Source: Nitrososphaeraceae archaeon
Lineage (GTDB): Archaea > Thermoproteota > Nitrososphaeria > Nitrososphaerales > Nitrososphaeraceae
Direction: 5' to 3'
Length of the DNA: 41,367 bases
Assembly (NCBI GenBank): GCA_025937665.1
Contig: JAICQW010000001.1
Span: 1-41,367 of the forward strand
The position numbers and the translations under genes are program-made. Below the pieces are notes generated by a model. It was not told where the DNA came from. It made no database searches and was given only the letters and a program-made list of their open reading frames with translations. Of the stretch, positions 1 through 8,623 are shown piece after piece; position 1 is the stretch's first letter, and every line of letters begins with the position of its first letter.

Positions 1-105
1 TACTTTTTCGTCGGAGTTTAATATTTTCTCAATCTTCTCAATTTCATTTAATTCATTTCCATCAGTTATATCAGTATTAAATGAACGCTTTTCATCCGCC
101 ACCAA
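1..105 (-). CDS. 5' part of a CDS running off the window; probable thaumarchaeal PH-domain protein
   Basis: Manual translation from TTG at 105 gives MVADEKRSFNTDITDGNELNEIEKIEKILNSDEKV, open to the window edge. Resembles N-termini of thaumarchaeal PH-domain proteins as I recall them. Confidence 0.55.
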   Translation of the reverse strand, partial: MVADEKRSFNTDITDGNELNEIEKIEKILNSDEKV

Positions 106-715
106 TTTATACACTATATGTAACGCTCACATATTTAATAAAAGCTCCCGTTAAATTCTAGATATATCCGGGGACAATATCTACAACGCTCGGAATTGAC
201 TTGTTGGAGCATACTACAATTGGTTAAGATCATAACCAGAAAAACTTTTCTTATACCGCTGAAGCGAAACAATAGAATAAAAACCCACAAGTTTTCTTAC
301 TGAGAAGATGAAATGATTTCTTCTAGGATAACAAATTTCTTATGATAACATGATTTTCATCGACTATTTGAACCTAATCTTGTATTATGAGTGATTTTTC
401 CTGAATAGAACACATGTGATATTAATCTGTGATAACAATTATTACAGACAAACATATCTAGAAATTGATTTAACGAATGAATATGTTTTCTACAATAGTC
501 ACATTTTATAGTTTCCAATAAGGTATTATATGCATTAGAATTTAAATAGTTTTTAATAATAATTTAGGCAAATATTTTCTTGATTAATTTTCTATATTAT
601 ACATCTAGTGTTATCGAACATCCGTGCCTAAAATTAGAACCTCTCAGTTTATTAATTGATGTAGGGGTAATAGAAACAATTAAAGGACTCATTTGTTACT
701 TCTCGATACTTATAG

Positions 716-1366
716 ATGAAACTCATTTTTGAAGGATTATTATTTATCTGTGCCTATGCATGTATGTGGGCCAGCGCCGCATTTCAAATAGAAATTACAC
801 CACAGATAGTTCTTGCTGCAGAACAGGCAGTACCAAACATGAATAAGACTAATTTTGGTTATCAACTTGAATCAAATGTTACTGATAAAAATACCACTAA
901 TGAAATTGCTTATAAGAATCCTCAACATGGAATCATTATGCTATTCCCTTCAAATTGGACATTTTCCACAAGTGGTTTACCAGAATATAATCAAATTGCC
1001 GCATTTTATGCTCCATTGCAAAACCTATCCGATCCAATTCCCGCTAGATTTACTATCGCTGTAATGAGCTATGAGCAAAATATACCTCTCAAGGAGTTTA
1101 CTAATATGACAATAAGCTCACTTAATCAAACCGGCCAAATTATGATATCAAGTTCTGATCCAATTACTCTAGCTGGACGACCAGGTCATCAACTTGTATT
1201 TTCAACATTACCAAATATGGGTAATCCTATTTCATTTGAGATATTGCATTCTTGGACAGTAATTGACAACAAGATTTATGTTTTTCAATATAGTGTCGAA
1301 AGCGCTAAATTTGATACCTATCTCCCTACAGTCAAGCATATTCTAGAATCATTGAGAATAGAATAG
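716..1366 (+). CDS. Secreted PsbP-like domain protein
   Basis: Signal-like N-terminus; YKNPQHGIIMLFPSNW, ITLAGRPG and C-terminal F..YLPTV..ILESLRI fit the PsbP/DcrB-like fold. Confidence 0.7.
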   Translation: MKLIFEGLLFICAYACMWASAAFQIEITPQIVLAAEQAVPNMNKTNFGYQLESNVTDKNTTNEIAYKNPQHGIIMLFPSNWTFSTSGLPEYNQIAAFYAPLQNLSDPIPARFTIAVMSYEQNIPLKEFTNMTISSLNQTGQIMISSSDPITLAGRPGHQLVFSTLPNMGNPISFEILHSWTVIDNKIYVFQYSVESAKFDTYLPTVKHILESLRIE

Positions 1367-1527
1367 AATAGATTCGAGATTCTAACACTCAACAATCGTT
1401 TCAGAGATGACAACGCATCAAAATAATCTATTGTGAGACCACTGCAAGTAATAAGTCTCATATTTTAGAAGACGTTTAATAAACCACGGAAGTAAAAATC
1501 ATATATTAATAAGGGCGTTGAGGACAG

Positions 1528-2394
1528 ATGGGAAGTAAAAGAAAAAAGTTAATCATTACAATAGTTCCATTATTAATTATTATTGCGGCCATTTTCTATC
1601 AAGTTCCAATTACAAGGATATCTTCTGAATCTATCACAAAGTTAGACAAGTTTGGAGTATTGGAAATATATCCTACTAAATTAGGGGGCAGGGAATGGTT
1701 TATTGACATGAACAAGCCTGTTGAGGACCCCGGGTTTAATCCTGGGTCAAATATTACTAGGCAATTAGATGGTTCATGGCAGATAAACGGAAGACTTGAG
1801 AATGGCACGTACGTTGGGGAAGTGAGAATGGAAGTCAGTAAACTTCCAGGATCCAAAGAATGGAAGAATGTCGAGATGACAGGATATGCCAAAATAGTTC
1901 CATCCAACAATCCAAATGATTCACTGGTCTGGTCAATAAGAGGAGGAAGGCATAATAGTACAGTTCCTTGTGAAGGAACAGCTCTTAAGGGAGAAATCGA
2001 TATTAACGGTACGGTTTCTTGGGTGAAAGAGATATGGCATACGGGGGGATATACCAACAAACGAGCCGAAACACAAGTTACAGAACCAATTATTGGCAGA
2101 TGGATTGGTTGGAAAGTTGTTGTCTACAATATGAATAATGATACCGCAGTAAAGATGGAATCTTATCTTGATGACAGAGCAAATAATCATTGGATAAAGG
2201 TTACCGATTTGATAGATAGTGGTGGATGGTACGCTAATGAACCAGATCCTTTATTCTACGGCGCAAACTGCGGTAAGGCTAAAGATCACATAATAACAAA
2301 TGGAGGACCTCTAGCAATCTTTAGATCTGACAATATGACATGGAATTTTAGGGACTTGAGTGTGAGAGAAATTCAACCCCCACTATCTCCGTGA
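1528..2394 (+). CDS. Membrane-anchored, Trp-rich beta-sandwich protein; possibly carbohydrate-binding or lyase-like
   Basis: N-terminal TM helix; WKNVEMTGY, RGGRH, KEIWHTGGYT, WIGWKVVVYN resemble a thaumarchaeal secreted family. Function is inferred. Confidence 0.5.
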   Translation: MGSKRKKLIITIVPLLIIIAAIFYQVPITRISSESITKLDKFGVLEIYPTKLGGREWFIDMNKPVEDPGFNPGSNITRQLDGSWQINGRLENGTYVGEVRMEVSKLPGSKEWKNVEMTGYAKIVPSNNPNDSLVWSIRGGRHNSTVPCEGTALKGEIDINGTVSWVKEIWHTGGYTNKRAETQVTEPIIGRWIGWKVVVYNMNNDTAVKMESYLDDRANNHWIKVTDLIDSGGWYANEPDPLFYGANCGKAKDHIITNGGPLAIFRSDNMTWNFRDLSVREIQPPLSP

Positions 2395-2559
2395 ACTTTC
2401 ATCATTCCAGTCCTTTCATCATGAACAGTAAAAATCTAGTATTATCATTGACATAGATATTTGGTTACATTAAGGGCTTGTTTGAAATTGATTGTTGGTC
2501 TTAAACCATTGCATCTGAATCCTAGCTCTTATAATCTTTGTTGACCACAGTATTAATAC

Positions 2560-3345
2560 ATGCCAGCTAGAAGCTTATGGCAAGGTAGTATCTCGTTTGG
2601 GCTTGTAAATATACCAGTTAAACTATATTCAGCAACAAATAACAAAGAATATGTTTTCAATCAATTATGCCAAAACGGACATAGGATTAGATACAAGAAA
2701 TGGTGCCCGGAGGAAGAAAGAGAGGTTCCATTTTCAGAGATAAAAAAAGGTTACGAAATTGAAAAAGACAACTATATCGTATTTGAAAAGGAAGAACTTA
2801 ACAAGGTAAAATTAAGAACAACTCATTCAATTGATATTAAGGAATTTATAGAATACAAAGAGCTTGATCCAATCTTAATAGATAACAGCTACTATGTGGC
2901 TATTGATCCAAAAAAAGGAAACGAAAAGGCCTATGCACTCTTGGTAAAAATATTAAATGAAAATAACTTAGTGGCCATCGGTAAAGTTGTTTTAAAGGAC
3001 AGGGAAAACGTGATAGCTTTGAGACCTTATCAAAGAGGTCTTGTTATGCATGTCCTGAATTATCTAGACGACATGAAGCCTGTGGATGAAATCCCCGAAA
3101 TGGGAAACACAAAAGCAAAATTAGATCCACAAGAAATTTCGCTCGGCAAGATACTAGTACAAAAGTATCGCAGCAAAGAGTTTGATATTGGAGATTATTC
3201 CGACACTTATGTCCAAGAACTAAGGAAGCTCATAGAGGCAAAGAGTAAGGGAAGAAAATTTGTTTCGTCCGCTCCGAAGGTAGCAAAACCCACCAAGGAT
3301 CTTCTTGAGGCTCTTAAGGCCAGCATCGAAACCAAGAGGAAGTAA
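2560..3345 (+). CDS. ku: NHEJ DNA end-binding protein Ku
   Basis: RSLWQGSISFGLVNIPVKLYSAT N-terminus, IKKGYE, YSDTY..LRKLIEAK, C-terminal DLLEALKASI. A TTATAA box lies at 2529-2534. Confidence 0.97.
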   Translation: MPARSLWQGSISFGLVNIPVKLYSATNNKEYVFNQLCQNGHRIRYKKWCPEEEREVPFSEIKKGYEIEKDNYIVFEKEELNKVKLRTTHSIDIKEFIEYKELDPILIDNSYYVAIDPKKGNEKAYALLVKILNENNLVAIGKVVLKDRENVIALRPYQRGLVMHVLNYLDDMKPVDEIPEMGNTKAKLDPQEISLGKILVQKYRSKEFDIGDYSDTYVQELRKLIEAKSKGRKFVSSAPKVAKPTKDLLEALKASIETKRK

Positions 3346-3440
3346 ATACATATAGAAAAACCCACACTTATTTTTGAAATTCAAACGCAAATAACTTGGT
3401 AATGAAACTGACAGGATTAAATATACTCTAGCTTCATAGT

Positions 3441-3743
3441 ATGCAAATTATGGAATACGAGGATTACGGTAAAAAGATGCTCATATACGCAGGCATTGCC
3501 ATTGTAGGCATATTTTTTGGATTACAGGCCATGTTTGGGTTTCCTTTGTTCAAATCATTCGAAAGTGATAGTGTGAGTGATGCACGAGTTGTAATCAAGG
3601 ATGCAAACGGAAACTGTGTATTAGAAGCTTCTGATAAAATTCCGAGGGTACTTCACAATTGCCCCTATGACAAAGAAGACATTGTATTAATTACATATAA
3701 GAAGGGTACACCAGATATTAGGACACATAGTCCGAAATCCTAG
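3441..3743 (+). CDS. Small membrane-anchored hypothetical protein
   Basis: One TM helix followed by a short beta-rich domain with two Cys. Confidence 0.6.
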   Translation: MQIMEYEDYGKKMLIYAGIAIVGIFFGLQAMFGFPLFKSFESDSVSDARVVIKDANGNCVLEASDKIPRVLHNCPYDKEDIVLITYKKGTPDIRTHSPKS

Positions 3744-3817
3744 TTACGGAAACGGAAACGTTCGTTATAATTTCAAATTTTGTAAAGTGTTATATTTGAT
3801 GTTCAATATAATAATAT

Positions 3818-4039
3818 GTGGACGAGGACTTTACTAAAAAATCGACTTGTTTACTATGCGATGCTAAGGTTGAGCCCAAATCTGAAGTTCAAATATGTCC
3901 AACCTGTGCGATAGTAGCAATGTCGGATGAGGATTTCCAAAACTTAGATTATATTTCTCTAATTGAAAATGTCAAACCTAAATCCATTAGCGATAAAGAG
4001 CGGAAAAGAATTTTGGATTTGTATACCCCTGTACGCTGA
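3818..4039 (+). CDS. Small CxxC...CxxC zinc-finger-like hypothetical protein
   Basis: CLLC and CPTC motifs; GTG start after an AT-rich promoter-like stretch. Confidence 0.55.
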   Translation: MDEDFTKKSTCLLCDAKVEPKSEVQICPTCAIVAMSDEDFQNLDYISLIENVKPKSISDKERKRILDLYTPVR

Positions 4040-4168
4040 CTACAACTGATAGAAAACAAAATTATCAGTAAAAAAAGGAAGTGCTAATTTAGGATACTTT
4101 TCGTCCAGCTATTTAAAAAGTAAAACAAAAATTAGACAGTAGAAATAACTAATGCGGTTCTTACCGGA

Positions 4169-4399
4169 CTAATCTCTCTTAAAGGCCTTTGCCTCATCTT
4201 TAGTGACATTAAACCAAACTTTATGTCCATCGAATCGCACTGCTCTGTTTTTTGGCAAATAGAATTTGTCTTTGTCAACAATTCCTCTTTTTGTTACTAC
4301 AGTATCTGCGTCTAAATCATGTACCTCGCCCAAATCATAATCGTCAATACCTCTAGCTTCCTTTTTCATAACGTCGTCCCAGTTTGTAATTCCACTCAT
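4169..4399 (-). CDS. Small PRC-barrel/DUF2171-like protein
   Basis: KEARGIDDYDLGEV...KFYLPK...FDG..VWF pattern resembles a PRC-barrel fold. Confidence 0.65.
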   Translation of the reverse strand: MSGITNWDDVMKKEARGIDDYDLGEVHDLDADTVVTKRGIVDKDKFYLPKNRAVRFDGHKVWFNVTKDEAKAFKRD

Positions 4400-4621
4400 A
4401 CACTATTCAGTGCAACATGTGATTTAATGGTTAAAATCCTCCATCCCTCAGGTTAGAAAAAATGGTAACGTTTACTTTAACACAGATGAAATAGATTCAG
4501 GAAAATATTTGCTGGAAGTATTACATAAAATTGAGTGATGGTTCAATTGGTACATGGGCACGTCGTTCGGTGACTATAACGAATTAACAGTTCACTTTAT
4601 TGAGTTATAGTGACTCTACAG

Positions 4622-4987
4622 CTAAAAGTCGGAAGAACCACCCGCACTGTATGGACTCCCCTTGATGGTTATAACAAAGTCCAAATCATTTATACGCTTC
4701 AATAAATTAAGATCAAGGTTATGACTAACTATCATTTTCGTTCCCTTTAGATAAAAACCTGGAGCCATACCAGTAACGCTAATCACTCTTTCTCTTAGTT
4801 GTTCAGTATCTTGATCAGGTTTGAGAATCATTTCGAGAGTATAGATATTCTCTCTATTTGCCTTTTCATCAATAATCAATCGTACAACTAAAAGTGGATC
4901 CACTTTTGAGAATACGGTCCTGATAGCATTATCAGCCTCGGTAAATTCTTTCACAACTTCCTTAACACCAGTTTCTTGATCACTCAT
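4622..4987 (-). CDS. Hypothetical protein
   Basis: 121-aa ORF with ATG start, globular composition, and a TTTAAA box upstream. Confidence 0.65.
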   Translation of the reverse strand: MSDQETGVKEVVKEFTEADNAIRTVFSKVDPLLVVRLIIDEKANRENIYTLEMILKPDQDTEQLRERVISVTGMAPGFYLKGTKMIVSHNLDLNLLKRINDLDFVITIKGSPYSAGGSSDF

Positions 4988-5284
4988 TTGCTCTTAATAG
5001 CTAAAATATAGGTTTAAAAAGTTTTTACATACAAATCAATTTTGATACTAACAGAGAAATGCACAATATTTCTTTATAATGGACATATGAATACCCTAAC
5101 TCATCTTTTCTAAGGCAACTAATCACTTAATAACTGATTAGGATTACTTTTCTCTTTCTGACGTTAATATGGCGCATGATTTTTAAAATTGTGCAGATCG
5201 ACAAGTTCACCTATTTTTCTTTTGTATTGCAAGTACAATTGTGGATTGCCAGAAGGAGTGAGTGAAACGAGAAAACCTAACACG

Positions 5285-7936
5285 ATGCTGATCAGTTATA
5301 ATAAGAAAAGAGACTTTGAAAAAACGAGCGAACCCAAGGGAGAAATAAACCCTACTGAGAAAAGTACGAAATTAAGAGAGTTTGTTGTCCAGAAACATGA
5401 TGCGTCTCACCTTCACTATGATTTTAGATTGGAATCTGAGGACGGTGTTCTAAAATCTTGGGCGGTACCCAAAGGACCTTCAATGGATTCCACCATCAAG
5501 CGACTGGCAGTATTGGTCGAAGATCATCCTCTAGACTATTTACATTTTGAAGGAACAATAGCACCCGGAAATTACGGCGCTGGTACGGTGATAGTGTGGG
5601 ACACTGGAAGTTATACCAGTAAAGAGAACCTTTTACAGCAAATGGAAAAAGGAAAAATCTCAGTTGAACTCTTTGGGAACAAACTAAAGGGTCTGTTTTC
5701 TTTGGTCAGAACTAAGAGGGATAATCAATGGTTGTTGATTAAATCGAAAGATCAATACGCATCAAGCCAAGATGTAACAACCGAACAACCTGATTCCGTC
5801 TTGACTAGCAGGTCGAATTCGGACATTGAAAATGAAAGCATTAACAAGAGAAATAAAAGGAAACTCAAGACTAACAATCTCACCTCTTCTATTGATTCTA
5901 AGAACGGTAAACAAACAATAAATTTTCAAAGAATAGAGCCCATGCTCGCTTCGCCATTTGAAAAAGCCTTTAATCACAAGAATTGGGTATTTGAAATAAA
6001 ATGGGACGGTGTAAGGGCAATAGTGTTTAAGAATAAAAAGAATATAAAGATTCAGTCGAGAAATGGTAACGATATTACAGATAAATATCCTGAAATATTA
6101 AACGACTTAAAACTCTCGCTGAAAGAATGCGAGTCTATCGTAGTAGACGGTGAAATAGTTGTCTTAAATCAGGAAGGCGTCCCAGATTTCCACGCCCATC
6201 AACACAGAATGCATGTTCTAAATAGTAGAGAGATAATGGCTCTTTCTGTAAAAACTCCTGCGACCTATTACATTTTTGATGTGCTGTATGAAAATGGTAA
6301 GGATGTTAAATCCTTAAGTTATATCAAAAGGCGAAGAACGTTATCAGATATAGTAAGAATAAATAAATCAATTAAAATATCCGACTATATTGAAGAAAAA
6401 GGAGTGCAGGTGTTTGAGAATAGCAAGAAGTTAAGCCTTGAAGGAATAGTTGCCAAACATAAAGAAAGTATGTACACAGAGGGTATAAGGTCCAAAGATT
6501 GGTTAAAAATAAAGAACACCAAGACACAAGACTGTGTAATTGTAGGTTATACAAGAGGAGAAGGCGCTAGACATAGATATTTTGGATCGCTCGTGCTAGC
6601 CGTATACTCTACGCAAGAAAAAAAATTAAAGTTTGCGGGGCATGTAGGGACTGGCTTTGATGATGAAACTCTTGAAACTGTATATGGTAGGATCAAGAGC
6701 CAGGAAATTGCATCTCCTCCGGTAGATAAAGTTCCCTACCTCAATCGTAAAACGACTTGGCTGAAGCCGATAAATATCGCCGAAGTAAAATTTGGCGAGT
6801 GGACCAAGGATGGAATATTGAGGGCACCCGTCTTCTTAAGAATTCGCGAAGACAAAAGGCCCGAAGAGTGCATTACTGAAGCGGACAATCCTCTTGACAG
6901 TTCTCAAATTAGAATCAATAAAAAGAATGAAAATAGCACTAAAAATACCACTGCCAATAAAGTTAAGTTAACAAATCCCGATAAGATATACTGGAAGGCC
7001 ACAAAGGATCATCCCAAGTTTCTGAAGAGGGATCTAATACAATATTATGAGCGCATTAGCGCCCGGATATTACCACATCTAAAAGATAGACCTCTTTCCC
7101 TTAGCCGTTATCCAAATGGAATCAGCGGTAAATCATTTTATCAAAAAGATTGGGATCAGAAAAAGCCAGACTTTGTAACTACAGCAAAAATTCATTCTGA
7201 ACAAAGAGGAGACAGTATTAACTACATTATTTGTAACAACATGGAGAGTCTTCTTTGGATAGCAAATTTGGGATGTATTGAAATGCATCCCTGGTACAGT
7301 AGAATTAAAGAGTTTGACAAGTGCAGCACCTCCACTCAAGTGTTTGAAGAAAAATGTGGACTTAATTTTCCTGACTTTATTGTTTTTGATCTAGATCCGT
7401 ACATCTATTCTGGTAAAGAAAAAAAAGGGCAAGAACCAGAATACAACGTAACCGGGTTTAAAGCCGCAGTAGAAATTGCTTATGAATTAAGGGATATTTT
7501 AGAAGGGCTGAAAATCCATTGCTATGTAAAAACATCGGGAAAATCAGGATTGCATATTTATGTTCCTATTTCCAATACTTATCCCTACGAACAAACCAAG
7601 AATTTTGCTGAAGTAATGGCCAAAATGATGGTTTCAAAATTTCCAAACAAAGTTACAACGGAATGGAATACTTCAAAGAGGAAAGGGAAAGTATTTTTCG
7701 ACTATAATCAAAATGCGAGGGGAAAAACAATAGCGTCCGTTTACTCCTTACGTCCTACCCCAACAGCGACGGTTTCAATGCCTATCTCTTGGAAAAAATT
7801 GGATTCCATCTTTCCGACTGATTATAACATATTAACTATCTCGAAAATTATTAGGAGCGATGGTCCCTGGCAAAATATTCTTTCAGATAAGCAAGACCTT
7901 AAAAAAATAATTTCTGAAATAAAAGAAATAGTCTAG
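5285..7936 (+). CDS. ligD: DNA ligase D: phosphoesterase, ATP-dependent ligase and primase-polymerase in one chain
   Basis: PE: QKHDASHLHYDFRLE, SWAVPKGP, EDHPLDY. LIG: EIKWDGVR, DGEIV, EGIVAK, WLKIK, plus OB fold. POL: LTNPDKIYW, RYPNGI, FDLDP, KTSGKSGLHIY, DYNQN. Start uncertain: ATG 5285, GTG 5258, or the ORF start at 5189. Confidence 0.96.
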   Translation: MLISYNKKRDFEKTSEPKGEINPTEKSTKLREFVVQKHDASHLHYDFRLESEDGVLKSWAVPKGPSMDSTIKRLAVLVEDHPLDYLHFEGTIAPGNYGAGTVIVWDTGSYTSKENLLQQMEKGKISVELFGNKLKGLFSLVRTKRDNQWLLIKSKDQYASSQDVTTEQPDSVLTSRSNSDIENESINKRNKRKLKTNNLTSSIDSKNGKQTINFQRIEPMLASPFEKAFNHKNWVFEIKWDGVRAIVFKNKKNIKIQSRNGNDITDKYPEILNDLKLSLKECESIVVDGEIVVLNQEGVPDFHAHQHRMHVLNSREIMALSVKTPATYYIFDVLYENGKDVKSLSYIKRRRTLSDIVRINKSIKISDYIEEKGVQVFENSKKLSLEGIVAKHKESMYTEGIRSKDWLKIKNTKTQDCVIVGYTRGEGARHRYFGSLVLAVYSTQEKKLKFAGHVGTGFDDETLETVYGRIKSQEIASPPVDKVPYLNRKTTWLKPINIAEVKFGEWTKDGILRAPVFLRIREDKRPEECITEADNPLDSSQIRINKKNENSTKNTTANKVKLTNPDKIYWKATKDHPKFLKRDLIQYYERISARILPHLKDRPLSLSRYPNGISGKSFYQKDWDQKKPDFVTTAKIHSEQRGDSINYIICNNMESLLWIANLGCIEMHPWYSRIKEFDKCSTSTQVFEEKCGLNFPDFIVFDLDPYIYSGKEKKGQEPEYNVTGFKAAVEIAYELRDILEGLKIHCYVKTSGKSGLHIYVPISNTYPYEQTKNFAEVMAKMMVSKFPNKVTTEWNTSKRKGKVFFDYNQNARGKTIASVYSLRPTPTATVSMPISWKKLDSIFPTDYNILTISKIIRSDGPWQNILSDKQDLKKIISEIKEIV

Positions 7937-8084
7937 GCTTAAATAATAATTATAGATACCTTCTATCAGTTACTAATTTTCATCCAATCTCAATATTGTA
8001 AGTCCATTAGGAATTAATGAGGGCTAACGAATTAGCGGAAATATTGTGGTGAGGTCATATTACTTCCAATCATTAAATCTTGTT

Positions 8085-8537
8085 CTACTCTGCATGCTTT
8101 TCTATGATTGATTGTATTCTTCCACCAAATTTTCTTTTATACTCAGATCTGCATGAAGTACAGCAGAAGAACCGTTCATAATTAGCAAATTTGAAGACTT
8201 GTGGAACTCCGGCAATAATTCCATGACAAAAATCACAGTCTAAGACTACCTTCAAACCTTTTTTTATTTTCTTGAATTGTTGAATAGTATTATCATTATA
8301 ATAATTCTTATCTTGTATTCCAATATTAGTATTAGCATTTACTTTTACAACTTTTCCAAAATCAAGTACTGGTACTACTCGTTGGATGAAACCTACATTT
8401 ACCAGTCTTTCAAATCTTGCTTTGACGGTAGGAGTTGTAATACCAGTTTCACGTGAAATCTGACGAAAAGACTTACGTCCATCCTCAAATAGCGACTTTA
8501 GTATTGATATGTCATAGTCATCAAGCTCAACTGGCAT
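8085..8537 (-). CDS. Lrp/AsnC-type HTH regulator with C-terminal TRASH metal-binding domain (CopT/CopR-like)
   Basis: LDDYDISIL..L..DGRKSFRQIS HTH; CDFCHG...FFCCTSC TRASH motif; divergent from copA. Confidence 0.88.
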   Translation of the reverse strand: MPVELDDYDISILKSLFEDGRKSFRQISRETGITTPTVKARFERLVNVGFIQRVVPVLDFGKVVKVNANTNIGIQDKNYYNDNTIQQFKKIKKGLKVVLDCDFCHGIIAGVPQVFKFANYERFFCCTSCRSEYKRKFGGRIQSIIEKHAE

Positions 8538-8571
8538 TGATGATTGAAGGGTGCGGAGTCAAATATTAAAT

Positions 8572-8585
8572 TTTACATTTGTAAA
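8572..8585. promoter_or_regulatory. Palindromic candidate copper-regulator operator
   Basis: TTTACA-TT-TGTAAA perfect inverted repeat in the 86-bp gap between the regulator and copA. Confidence 0.55.
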
Positions 8586-8623
8586 GTTCTATTGTTATAT
8601 TTGTTCTAGTTCACTATAAGGTA

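Noticed and set aside
3746-3760. ACGGAA short tandem repeat
   Set aside because: Too short to interpret.
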